A stretch of 64,000 bases of DNA from Mytilus edulis (lineage: Eukaryota), in NCBI RefSeq assembly GCF_963676685.1, contig NC_092351.1, forward strand, positions 36,890,001 through 36,954,000. Reading direction: 5' to 3'. The position numbers and the translations under genes were made by a program. Positions within the stretch are counted from its first letter, which is position 1. Each line of letters begins with the position of its first letter. The notes beneath the pieces were generated by a model, which worked only from the letters and a program-made list of their open reading frames with translations, searched no databases and was not told the DNA's origin. Shown piece by piece: positions 49,713-60,864 of this stretch.

Positions 49713-50318
49713 TTAAATATCGACCGCGTTTACTAAAGATCATGTTTTTCAATTAGCGGAATAAAAATCCGGTCCAAATATCTACTACTGTCCTACCTTT
49801 TATTGTGTTTGCACTGTATAATTCTGACCTTCACATAATTCAAGATTATTATGTATGGTGGAATCCGACATTGTTATTACCGGAAGTGTTGCCGTGGAGT
49901 TCCACATGCTCTCCATTTTCTTGTGTCTCTCGGAGCTTTTCGTCATCTTTATGTAAAAAAGCGCGGGAAATTGTATCATCAATGACAATGATATTACCGG
50001 AGAGTAACGAATGTTATGGAATAAGGGATCCTCATAGAAACCAAGATGGCGGTTTTTACACTGTAAATAATGTTGAAAAATGTGAAGGTCAGGATTATAC
50101 AGTGCAAACACAATAAAAGGTAGGACAGTAGTGGATATTTGGACAGGATTTTTATTCCGCTAATTGAAAAACATGATCTTTAGTAAACGCGGTCGATATT
50201 TAAACTTTTTTTTACTAAAAACATGGTGCCAATTTTACGTGACGGCGACTATAGTATATATTGGAAATTAACATGTTTAAGTTCATTTAGTATATTGATA
50301 ATTATATATATATATACA

Positions 50319-51557
50319 CAGGGATCTCCATGGCCTGTTTAACGATGGAGCCCCGCCATCGTTCAAATGTCTTGCGCCATCGTCAAATGACTCGCGCCAT
50401 CGTTAAATTGTCTTGCGCCATCGTTAAATTGTCTTCCGCCATCGTTCAAAACTTCATCGTTTTTTGTAGCCCGACGCCATTTTTTTTATCAATTATAATC
50501 AAATGCATGTAATTGCATAACCCTTAGGCTTTTTATGTTATAATCCAATACAGTTCTAACGCCTGAGGGATATCCGGATTAAGATCGCTAATTACTTATA
50601 CCTGAGCTTGTACAGGTAGATCAACAAACCAAACAGGAGAATACTATCTGAGGATAGACGAACCATTTGTCGAAGTAATCAACTAAGTTTCAGCAAATGA
50701 TTATGATCATTTAGATTAAATAAATAAATTAATAAATTAATCCAGTTACAAAGAAAACAGTTTAACAAGTCGAACACGTGCTTTCTTTTGACTTACGCAA
50801 TCAGCATCCCCCTTTTTTAAGAAGTACAAAATAAGACGCAAAACAGTAAATATTATTTCATCGTAAATAACTCGAGTACTGCTGTAACGATAATTTAGAA
50901 TTACTTTAAAAGTTTAAAAGTAAAAACTTATATATTTCCTGTAAAGAAATATCGTATCTAAATTCTGAATTCATTTCGTATATTACAATCAAATTGATAC
51001 ATCTGCGTTTCCGGTTTCTATTCAGACTCGAAAGATGCATGTTGCACAGCATCAATTTTTCCAGATAGTCATTAAAAACCTTTTCATTTGTCGACGTTTG
51101 CTTTACAAATCTCTTTAACCTTTTACATAACCCGTACGAATTGTTTTGTTGTTGCTGCAAATCAGCCATACCGGTAATGGGCTCTGAATTTGACAGTGTC
51201 CACGAAAAATAAGCTCCACATTAGATGATTTTTAACCCCCATAACAATTACCAAAAATAAAAGAAATCTGCATGGGGACCTTCATGACAGCTTTTGGTCA
51301 TTCTCGACTAAGGGGGGGGCCATGATGACTTGGCATTTGAATGGTTAAAAACGGCAATAAATGAAAATATTGATACTTCTAATTCTATAATGAAAATTCA
51401 AATAAATATAATTTAAATAAGCAATGAATTAGCATTTTCACCATTCCTTGTATGGAGGGATAAAATACTTCCGATCGCGCTACACTGTACAGCGCAGACA
51501 AGGTTTGTAATGGTGAAAGTTCCTCCATGGTTCAATTTTCATCCATGGAGATCCCTG
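50319..51557. mobile_element. hAT-like non-autonomous element
   Basis: CAGGGATCTCCATGG..CCATGGAGATCCCTG; near-matching 8-bp flanks TATATACA/TATACATA; subterminal GCCATCGT repeats. Confidence 0.7.
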
Positions 51558-53089
51558 TATACATATTTTTTTTATTGATTTTTCACATGTTGTAGGGGAC
51601 GAAGTCAAATATACAAAAATAGTTGAACTTCCAATGGATAGAAACAAGTGTCTGTGTGTACATCAGTGTCATCACACGATAAACTCACAGGGGTGTGTAG
51701 CATAGATGTTTTGGGGCAGAAATAACCTTGAAGTAGATCATTCTAACTCTAAAGAAAACCAATCTGGTTAACTAATATTGCTTGACCTTTTTCATGTTTG
51801 TCTGATAGTAAGAGTAGTTAATGAATATTTGATAACAGAAAAATTCTCAAGGGTACTTTTAAAAGCTTTAGAGCACTAACTTACTGCCCAAGTGCACTGG
51901 TGAAATTAATATTCAAAGAAAAGGGATAATTGATTTATGTAGGAAAATTATAGTAAAGTTTGTGAAAATTTGGAAAATCAATGAAATTAGCATTTGAAGA
52001 TCAAAGAAAACACATAATCAATGTAATCAGTGATAATGAGGTTAATAAATTGAGATAAATGAAACGTTAAAATATAAAGAAAATAAACTAAAACAAGAAT
52101 GTGTCCATAGTATACGGATGCCCCACTCACACTATCATTTCCTATGTTCAGTGGACTGTGAAATTGGAGTAAAAAAATCTAATTTTGACTTTTAAATTAA
52201 AAAGATCGTATCATAGGGAACCTAAAGTTGTACTTAGTTTAAGTTGATTTGACTTCAACTTCATCAAATAAAATTGAGAATGGAAAAACTACCTTGACCA
52301 AAAACTTCAACCCAAAATTTTAACCTGAAACTCCCACTATCATTTTCTATGTTCAGTGGACCGTTAATTTAGGATCAAAAATTTAATTTGGCATTAAAAC
52401 TAAAAAGATCATATCAAAGGGAACATGTATACTAAGTAAACATGCTTTCTAATTTTAATGCCAAATTAGAAATTTTATCCCATGATAATGATAGTGCGGA
52501 TGGGGCATCCATGTACTTGGGACACATTCTTATTTTTATCTGAGAAAATGAGACTTTTTCATTTGAGCTGGAGAAAAAAAACTAAATTTTTTTGATAAAT
52601 TATATTCACTTCAACATGTTCAAGATCTATACAAAAATGTAACCTCAGAATGCAGGATTTTAAATCTAATTTTCCAAAATTTTCTTTTGTGTCGCTTTGC
52701 AACATTCACCGGTGATAGTAATGGTGAAACATTAAGGGCCTGTAAAATTTCTTGTGGGCTTTTAGAATTTGAAAACCAAAAGCCCACCTGGCCTGTGCCT
52801 TGAAATTTATAGTGTGAAGACTGAGAGTGAAAGGGAACAAAACAGTAAAGTCACAATTACAATTACATCTTCAAACAATAGGAAAATACTCTATTTTTTT
52901 CAGCATGGGTAAAGTTTAATTTGTGATATTTTAGTGGGATAATTTATAGAAGCTTGTATTACATTAAAATTGAAGAGTGCATCAACCTGTAGTTAGTTTA
53001 TAACTAAATTGTCTTGAATGTTTTAGATTTCTTAAAACTGTATTTATAAGATAATAACATGTGAGTATTGATTTTCTCTTCCTTTTTAG

Positions 53090-53194
53090 TTTCTGCAACA
53101 ATATCGTCACTTTCAGTCAAATTTACAAATCTTCCAGTTGAAACCATCAGAATATTCCAAAACTTTAGAAGAACTAGTTTTGTTTCTGTCTCAA
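53090..53194 (+). CDS. SDAD1: SDAD1 exon 2
   Basis: FLQQYRHFQSNLQIFQLKPSEYSKTLEELVLFLSQ. Confidence 0.93.
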
Positions 53195-53247
53195 GTAAGT
53201 AATACATTAGTTAATTCATATTATAAAAAATTTAATTTATTTATTTA

Positions 53248-53496
53248 GGCCATAAAAAAGAATAGGTTTGTTTGCCCAAACCCTACCTACCCAGAAAAAA
53301 GCTGCCTACTCAAATTCTTTTATTGTCCTAATTTGAAGAAGTTTTTTTTTAATCAGATAGGCATGAAGACTAATAAACACCTGATACTTCAATTTCATTT
53401 TTTGAAAAAAAAATTAAAAAAAATGCCTACCTACCTACCCACTATCTCAACCTTTAGGTAGGGTTTGAGCAAATCAAAATATTTTTAATTGTGGCC
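53248..53496. mobile_element. PIF/Harbinger-like MITE (sister of 9464-9719)
   Basis: TTA|GGCCA..TGGCC|TTA. Confidence 0.78.
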
Positions 53497-54031
53497 TTAG
53501 GTATGTTACATGTACAATATGAACATGTGTATGAAAAATGGTATATACCATGTATACATGTACTTCACGTAAATTTTTTATGGGATGAATTTACTTGTTG
53601 TTATTGTCATATCATTATATCTATATAGCTTTTGACTTTAAAATTGCTGAATTTCAGAAATGTTTTCATTATGTTGTTTGATGCGAAAGATTATGTGAAA
53701 AGAAAACTATTTTGTATAATTATGTCCTTTTAGAATACAAGTTTCATGTAAACAGTAATAAAATATAATTACACCTTAATAATTAGTATCATCATGATCA
53801 TAAGTTATGATATATTTAAGTTATGTTGCAAACTTGTTATAGAAAAACAAATGGTCTGTATTGTAACTGATATACCAAATGTAAGACAGGCAAGAACTTC
53901 AAAAGTCCTCTGTCAAATTCAATTATTTACTGATATATATAAATTTTCTGACTTCCAGAATATTGATGTAATAATATCTGCGTGCAAAGATTGAAAAAAT
54001 TACATTTGAGATATATATTTTTATATATTAG

Positions 54032-54130
54032 GTTTCAGGATTATTTCCAGAAGACTCGTCAGATTTTCCACAACAGTTATGGGATGTCCTGAAAGTACAT
54101 TCAACAGTTCTGGACAGAAATATGAGAATG
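54032..54130 (+). CDS. SDAD1: SDAD1 exon 3
   Basis: VSGLFPEDSSDFPQQLWDVLKVHSTVLDRNMRM. Confidence 0.9.
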
Positions 54131-54507
54131 GTAAGTGAAGAATGATTGGTAAAGCATATCCCTCAGCCAAATTCAGAAAAAAGTGATTAGAAAATAAATT
54201 TATTCAATAATAAACACTCAAATTATTGATGTTTTATATATATATAATTAAAACATGATATTTTTGGTAGCCGTCTTGAATAATTTCTAAGAGTACAAAT
54301 TTAAATTGATGTTGAATTATATTGAACATAAAGTACTTTTAGATAACCAAGGACCCAGAAGAACTAAATAAGTTAACTCATATGAAAGCTACCGGTAGGT
54401 AAAGTGGTACCTTGGAATTAAGTAAAAATTCTTTCACAGAAGATATGATTATAATCTAGAAAATGAAAATATTAATGTGAATTTTATTGATTTTTATCTT
54501 CTTTCAG

Positions 54508-54690
54508 TCATTTTGCAGAGCTCTTATTCTACTGAGAAATAAAGGTACAATCCAAGCAACCAAGCTTCTCGAACTGTTTTTTGGACTATTTCGTTGTCAA
54601 GATAAAGTTCTACGGAAGACATTATACTCATATATTGTCACTGATATTAAAAACGTCAACTCTAAACATAAGAATATGAAATTAAACTCG
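54508..54690 (+). CDS. SDAD1: SDAD1 exon 4
   Basis: [42 protein letters not shown]. Confidence 0.95.
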
Positions 54691-55255
54691 GTAAGTATTA
54701 TTGATTATGAATATGAAAATAAAGATGTTGGTAATTGGGTAAACGACAACAACCTGACAATGTATTACAACCAATAATGAACAGTCACAGATCTCCATAT
54801 GAATAAGCATATATGCATACACTTACATGACTAAATAGTGAGTTACAAATTGTTGAATAAATTTATAAGAAAAATAAGAAGATGGCAAAGGGTCAGTAAA
54901 AATCATAAGTTGAGGAGGAGAAATACCACAAAGGCAAAAAAAAAACCTACCAAAAAACAAACAATCCACAAAACAAGTGATGTAGTTGTTAATTATACAT
55001 ATCATAATTATAAGAAAGACAGAAAAATCAGACAAACTATGACTAAAAGAAAAGATGAGACACTGCATAAAGATTGAACAATATGAGCAAGATGTGTTAA
55101 TTTTACTTGAAATGTGAAGTTTCGCTTCATGTTTACCTTTATTTACATAAACATTTAGAATTTACTTAAAGTATATACCACTGTAAACAATGAATTTTAA
55201 GCTACTGTAATCAATTAAAATCTTGCATACATTTGATGAGGATTTTTCATTTCAG

Positions 55256-55321
55256 ACATTACAGAATTTTATGTATACCATGTTAAAAGACAGTAACCCT
55301 ATAGCAGCTAAGATGTCATTG
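55256..55321 (+). CDS. SDAD1: SDAD1 exon 5
   Basis: TLQNFMYTMLKDSNPIAAKMSL. Confidence 0.95.
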
Positions 55322-55482
55322 GTGAGAAACAGTTCTAAAACATTTACATTTTGATAAAAAAAAAAAATTAAAGCAGATATAGACTTAAATGAAATTTCCA
55401 TTAAGCCTGTCTGTGACTTTTTTTTGTAATAAATAATGTATAGCGGAGATGCATTATGCCCTATTTTAAATAGGTCACACTA

Positions 55483-56532
55483 TTTTTAGCTCACCTGGCC
55501 CAAAGGGCCAAGTGAGCTTTTCTCATCACTTGGCGTCCGTCGTCCGTCGTAAGCTTTTACAAAAATCTTCTCCTCTGAAACTACTGTGCCAAATTTAATC
55601 AAACTTGGCAACAATCATCATTGGGGTATCTTGTTTAAAAAATATGTCCGCTGACCCGGCCAACCAACCAAGATGGCCGCCATGACTAAAAATAGAACAT
55701 AGGGGTAAAATGTAGATTTTGGCTCATATCTCTGAAACCAAAGCACTAAGAGCAAATCTGACAGGGTTAAATTGTTTATCAGGTCAAGATCTATCTGCTC
55801 TAAAATTTTCAGATGAATCGGACATTCTATTGTTGGGTTGCTGACCCAGAATTGGTCATTTTAAGGAAATTTTGCTGTTTATGGTTACTATCTTGAATAT
55901 TATAATAGAAAGAGATAAACTGTAAACAGCAATAATGTTCAGCAAAGTAAGATCTACAAAAAAGTCAACATGACCAAAATGGTCAGTTGACCCCTTAAGG
56001 AGTTATTGCCCTTTATAGTCCATTTTTTGTCAATTTTTCGTAAATTTTTGTTTTCTTCTACAAAAATCTTCTCCTCTGAAACTACTGGGCCGAATTAAAT
56101 CAGATGAATCGGATAACCAATTGTTAGGTTGCTGCCCCTGAATTGGTAATTTTAAGGAAATTTTTCTGTTTTTGGTTATTACCTTGAATACTATGATAGA
56201 GATAAACTGTAAACGGCAATAATGTACAGCAAAGTAAGACCTAAAAATAAGTCAACACGACCAAAATGGTCAATTGACCCCTTAAGGAGTTATTGCCCTT
56301 CATAGTCAATTTTTAACAATTTTCATAAAATTTGTAGATTTTCCCTTTACATTTTCCACTGACACTACTGGGCCAAATTCATTATAGATAGAGATAATTG
56401 TAAGCAGCAAGAATGTTAAGTAAAGTAAGATCTAAAAACACATCACCATCACCAAAACACAATTTATCATGAATCCATCTGTGTCCTTTGTTGACAAAGG
56501 TGAGCGACACAGGCTCTTTAGAGCCTCTAGTT
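55483..56532 (+). mobile_element. HINE family A, complete termini
   Basis: Same subTIRs and 3' hairpin as 6310-8109. Confidence 0.78.
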
Positions 56533-56862
56533 TTGTGTTATTACATGTAAGTATAATGATTGTTTTAGATCAAGAAGCTGGCATTAGTATCAATATATTA
56601 AGCTTGCATAGCTTTAGTTGTAAACTATTATTGATTATTGTAAATGTTTTAAAAGTATCAATTCAAGATAGCTTTAATTGCAAATTGGTATTGCAAAATG
56701 TTTCAAAAGTAGTAATCCGAGAGCAAACATTCTGTATTTTATCAAAGGAATAAAGTTATTACATGAAACCAAATACATGTTAATTTTTAATGGATTCTTT
56801 AACCGGAATAATAAAAGAAATAAAAAAATCCATTTTCATGTCTTTGTTATTTTTTTCTACAG

Positions 56863-56955
56863 GATGTAATGATAGAACTGTACAGAAGGAATATTTGGCG
56901 AGATGCCAAAACTGTTAATGTTATAACCACAGCTTGTTTCTCTAAAGTTACAAAG
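56863..56955 (+). CDS. SDAD1: SDAD1 exon 6
   Basis: [31 protein letters not shown]. Confidence 0.95.
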
Positions 56956-57865
56956 GTAAATACACGTTTGTGTAAATTAAAGTTATGATAACTAGTTTAA
57001 CCAATTTATCAAAGTTAACTGAAGTGTAAAGCTTGGTACTATACAAATAAGAAGATGTGGTATGATTGGCAATGAGGCAGATCTCCCTGAGAGACGTAAT
57101 GATGTAGAAGTTTACAACTATAGGTCACTGTACGGCCTTCAACAATGAGCAAAACCCATACCCCAAGGTTAGCTATAAAGTCCCAGAAATTACAAAATGT
57201 AAAACAATTTAAACAAGAAAATTCAAAAATTTGTAAACAAGTTAAAATTTTATGAATAAATTATACCTACCTGACATATGTCCGTTAGGATTTCTTTCTC
57301 TCGTTGGTATTTAACTCGCTCCCCACCGGAAGTTAAAAACTAGTACTCAGGTGTACTGTTATGACTTCCGGTCCAGGTAAACGAGATCAGTTTTCACTCG
57401 GCGCTTGAAAGACACCTCGTATCAAACTTCTCATTTACGGGGAGGTAGGGTGGTCTGACATATGTCAGGTAGGTATAATTTATTCATTAAATTTTAACTT
57501 GTTTACAAATTTTTGAATTTTAATTTCATAAATTAAAAACCTACCTGACATATGTCCGTTAGGATTATCTCTGATTCCAAAGCAATCCCTTTCTGGATGT
57601 GGATAAATAGAAGTTTGCCTCTATAGATCTTTAGGAATCATTTTCCTCTTCTTCACATCAGTTCATTTTATATATATATGTACAAACATCTTTTTGTAGT
57701 TTTTAAAGTTTTATGATTTTTTAAATATTTTTCTGCATTTTTTATAAAAATGTTTCCCACAACTTCATGTTGTAAGTATTTTCTATATACAGTTAAAATA
57801 TATCACTGTTAATATTTACACACAAAACTAAAACATTCTCTTCACCAAACTCGTCGGGAAAGTAT

Positions 57866-60673
57866 TCAAATGTTTAAAAAATCCACCTGTACATCTTTCA
57901 AGTAAAAATTCACAAAAGTGTTGGCTTGACTCCAATCTGCACTATCTAAAATGTCTTTCATTTTTGCTCCTTTGAAAAGAGCCCAGGAAGGTCCAATTGA
58001 CCTAGTAGAATGTCCTTTCACTGAAGGAATATCTTTCTTCTGTTTCTTATATGCATGCTTAATCACCTTAACTAACCAACTTGAAATAGTTTGTGAAGAC
58101 ACTGGTCTATGTGGTTTATTTACAGTTAAAAACAATTTCAGTTCATCTTTGCCATTCTTGTCTCTTAAATCCTCTGTATTCCTCAAATAATGTGTCAAAG
58201 CCCTCTTAGGATCTAACAATCTGTTGTTCTCAAAAGCTGGAACAAAAATAGTTGGACTTTGATGAGAAATTCTATCTTGTTTTGACAAACCCTGACGTAA
58301 AAAAGTTACCCCTTTTTTCTGAACATTTACTGAACCTTCACCAATTCTCAAAGATTGCAAATCCCCACATCTTCTAAAAGTAGTAATTGCAATAAGAAAA
58401 ATTGTTTTCCAAGTTATATATTTCAAACTAGCTTTTTTCATTGGTTCATAAGGTTCTTTCTTTAGTAAGTCTAAGACTAAAGGTAAATCCCACTCGGGTA
58501 CAAGTTTTCGTTTAGGCGGTCTCGTATTAAAAACCCCTTTCAGTAATCTTATAATGTAAGGATGTTGACCAACAGGGATTTTTTCAATAGGAGATAATAC
58601 TGAAGACAGCATAGACCTGTAACCTGCAATTGTCCTATACTGTAAACCTTTGTCAAATAAATGTGTTAAAAAATTTGCACAATTTTCTAAAGAAGCTGTA
58701 TAGGGATAGATATCCCGTTCAGAACACCAGCTATTGTATTTTCTAAATTTAGCTTTGTAATCCTTTTGAGTACCTGCCCGCCAAGATGCTGACAAGAGTT
58801 TCCTAGCGTTTTCAGAAAAACCTTTTGTTTTGAGCTGCTGCTCGATAGTAGCCATGCAGTTAACTGAAACACTTCTGGGTTCGGATGTGCCACTTTTCTC
58901 TTGCCCTGAACCAGCAGATTTTCTACTAGTGGAAGTTTTAGAGGACAAGCTACTAGTAGTTGTAACAACTGGGGATACCAATGTTGTCTTGGCCAATGTG
59001 GAGCTATCAGTATTATCTCGCACTGAAATTTTTGCATGTGCTGTAAAATTTTTGGAATTAGTGCAAGGGGGGGAAATGCATAGGCAAACATGTTGTTCCA
59101 TTCTATGGATAGAGCATCCACTGCTAATGCTTGTGGGTGATTCATCCATGAGCAAAACACAACTGCTTTTTTGTTTTCGTTTGTCGCAAAAAGATCGATT
59201 GTTGGATGCCCCCAATTTTGAAAAATTTGATGCACAACTGAATTGTCTAATTCCCACTCTGTTGCCTGAATTTTTATCCGACTCAATTGATCTGCTAACA
59301 CATTGTTTACTCCCGCAATGTGTGCTGCTTTCAGATAAATTTTGTTTTCTAGGGCAAACATCCATAAATCCCAAGTCCTTTGACATAGCTGAAGTGACCG
59401 AGTCCCTCCTTGCTTGTTTATGTATTGGACTACCGTAACATTGTCTGACCGAATCAAAACTAGTTTGTTTTTCAAAAATTTCTGAAATTTCTTCACAGTC
59501 AGAAAAACTGCTTCCAATTCTAGATTGTTTATATGTAACAGTTTTTGCTCCTCTGTCCAAAGACCCTGAGCTGTTAGATTGTTCATGTGACCCCCCCAAC
59601 CCGACTTGGAGGCATCCGTCGTGATTGTAACTGAGGTCTGATTTTGTTTTAAAGATCTTCCCTGCATAATTTTTGCTAAAGACAACCACCATTTCAAATG
59701 AACTTTTAGGTTTGGAGTACATTGAATTTGAAAATCTAAACTCATTTTTGATGGGGTCCAATTTCGAAGTAAATGTAATTGGACAGGCCTCATAAATAAC
59801 CTGGCATTCGGAATCAACTCTAGACAAGATCCCATTTTCCCCAATACTTCCATGTAATGTCTGGCTGTTACCATGCCATTCATTACTTTTTGTACTGATA
59901 AAAATAGACTCTGTATCCTGTCCTGAGTTGGTAATACCAAACCTTGATCGAACTTGAACACCGCTCCCAAATAAGTGATTGTTTGATTTGGTATTAAACT
60001 GGACTTTTCGTGATTGATTAAAAAGCCTAGTCGAACAAGGAGATTCAACATTATTTCTCGATCTATTACAAGTTTTTGTTGAAACTGATTGACACACATC
60101 CAATCGTCTAGATATACTGCTAGACGTATGTTTTGTTTTCTTAAATGGGCAGCAACTACTGACACCACCTTCGTAAAAACTCGTGGTGATGATGTTGGGC
60201 CAAAACAAAGGGCTTTGAACTGGTAAACTTGACCTTGAACAGAAAATCTGAGGTATTTCCTGTGATTTTTGAATACTTTTATATGAAAATAAGCGTCTTT
60301 TAAGTCCAGACTTATTGCCCAATCTCCTTGTTTTACTAAGTTTAACACCTTTAAAATTGTGTCCATTTTGAAGTGTTGCTTCCGAAGATACTGATTTAGT
60401 GGTTTCAAATTTATAACCGGTCTCATTTGTCCATTCTTTTTTGGAACTAGGAATAATGTACTGTAAAAACCTGTCATTCGTTCTTTGACTGGTACTTTTT
60501 CTATAGCCCCTTTTTCCAAAAGAGAATTTATTTCTAAATTTAAAATATCCAAATTTTTTGTACTGACTACTGTCTTTTTTATTCCCTGAAAAGGAGGTTT
60601 TTGCAGAAACTCCAGTTTGTAACCGTCTTTGATTATTGACAGAACCCACTGATCCTGAGTTATCTGCTCCCAT
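57866..60673 (-). CDS. DIRS ORF3, tyrosine recombinase (recognisable domain in the C-terminal ~330 aa)
   Basis: TFRRCGDL..GHSTR..ADWSQANTFVNFY (R-HxxR-W-Y). Confidence 0.9.
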   Translation of the reverse strand: MGADNSGSVGSVNNQRRLQTGVSAKTSFSGNKKDSSQYKKFGYFKFRNKFSFGKRGYRKSTSQRTNDRFLQYIIPSSKKEWTNETGYKFETTKSVSSEATLQNGHNFKGVKLSKTRRLGNKSGLKRRLFSYKSIQKSQEIPQIFCSRSSLPVQSPLFWPNIITTSFYEGGVSSCCPFKKTKHTSSSISRRLDVCQSVSTKTCNRSRNNVESPCSTRLFNQSRKVQFNTKSNNHLFGSGVQVRSRFGITNSGQDTESIFISTKSNEWHGNSQTLHGSIGENGILSRVDSECQVIYEACPITFTSKLDPIKNEFRFSNSMYSKPKSSFEMVVVFSKNYAGKIFKTKSDLSYNHDGCLQVGLGGSHEQSNSSGSLDRGAKTVTYKQSRIGSSFSDCEEISEIFEKQTSFDSVRQCYGSPIHKQARRDSVTSAMSKDLGFMDVCPRKQNLSESSTHCGSKQCVSRSIESDKNSGNRVGIRQFSCASNFSKLGASNNRSFCDKRKQKSSCVLLMDESPTSISSGCSIHRMEQHVCLCISPPCTNSKNFTAHAKISVRDNTDSSTLAKTTLVSPVVTTTSSLSSKTSTSRKSAGSGQEKSGTSEPRSVSVNCMATIEQQLKTKGFSENARKLLSASWRAGTQKDYKAKFRKYNSWCSERDIYPYTASLENCANFLTHLFDKGLQYRTIAGYRSMLSSVLSPIEKIPVGQHPYIIRLLKGVFNTRPPKRKLVPEWDLPLVLDLLKKEPYEPMKKASLKYITWKTIFLIAITTFRRCGDLQSLRIGEGSVNVQKKGVTFLRQGLSKQDRISHQSPTIFVPAFENNRLLDPKRALTHYLRNTEDLRDKNGKDELKLFLTVNKPHRPVSSQTISSWLVKVIKHAYKKQKKDIPSVKGHSTRSIGPSWALFKGAKMKDILDSADWSQANTFVNFYLKDVQVDFLNI

Positions 60674-60864
60674 TCTTGTAAAAAATGTGTTAACCGCCCC
60701 CCGACCGGTATGTGTATCTTCGGAAACTTCACTTTTCTCACCTTGTCATCTAGAGTATCCTGAGGTTTTTCCTCCTCTACTGTTACTAGCCCCTCTTTTA
60801 AACTTAGGGATCCGAAAATGGGGAACTTCATTTTTAGTCTCACTATGCCCAACTTTTTTCTCAA
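58687..60864 (-). CDS. DIRS ORF2: reverse transcriptase, RNase H and methyltransferase-like domain
   Basis: LDLKDAYFHI, LCFG, YLDD; TTDAS..GWG, HINNLEL, RSDN; DLFA..YAFPP. Confidence 0.95.
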   Translation of the reverse strand: MRKKLGIVRLKMKFPIFGSLSLKEGLVTVEEEKPQDTLDDKVRKVKFPKIHIPVGGRLTHFLQEWEQITQDQWVLSIIKDGYKLEFLQKPPFQGIKKTVVSTKNLDILNLEINSLLEKGAIEKVPVKERMTGFYSTLFLVPKKNGQMRPVINLKPLNQYLRKQHFKMDTILKVLNLVKQGDWAISLDLKDAYFHIKVFKNHRKYLRFSVQGQVYQFKALCFGPTSSPRVFTKVVSVVAAHLRKQNIRLAVYLDDWMCVNQFQQKLVIDREIMLNLLVRLGFLINHEKSSLIPNQTITYLGAVFKFDQGLVLPTQDRIQSLFLSVQKVMNGMVTARHYMEVLGKMGSCLELIPNARLFMRPVQLHLLRNWTPSKMSLDFQIQCTPNLKVHLKWWLSLAKIMQGRSLKQNQTSVTITTDASKSGWGGHMNNLTAQGLWTEEQKLLHINNLELEAVFLTVKKFQKFLKNKLVLIRSDNVTVVQYINKQGGTRSLQLCQRTWDLWMFALENKIYLKAAHIAGVNNVLADQLSRIKIQATEWELDNSVVHQIFQNWGHPTIDLFATNENKKAVVFCSWMNHPQALAVDALSIEWNNMFAYAFPPLALIPKILQHMQKFQCEIILIAPHWPRQHWYPQLLQLLVACPLKLPLVENLLVQGKRKVAHPNPEVFQLTAWLLSSSSSKQKVFLKTLGNSCQHLGGQVLKRITKLNLENTIAGVLNGISIPIQLL

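Larger units (their letters stand above)
44000..50254. mobile_element. Foldback-like MITE whose left arm is split by nested insertions
   Basis: TATAGTCGCTGTCACATAAAATTGGCACCATG mirrored at 50221-50254; the left arm resumes at 49713-49850 and pairs with 50065-50205. Confidence 0.8.

Noticed and set aside
49800-50116. Mirror-image 103-aa ORFs on both strands
   Set aside because: A consequence of the inverted-repeat arms of the foldback MITE.
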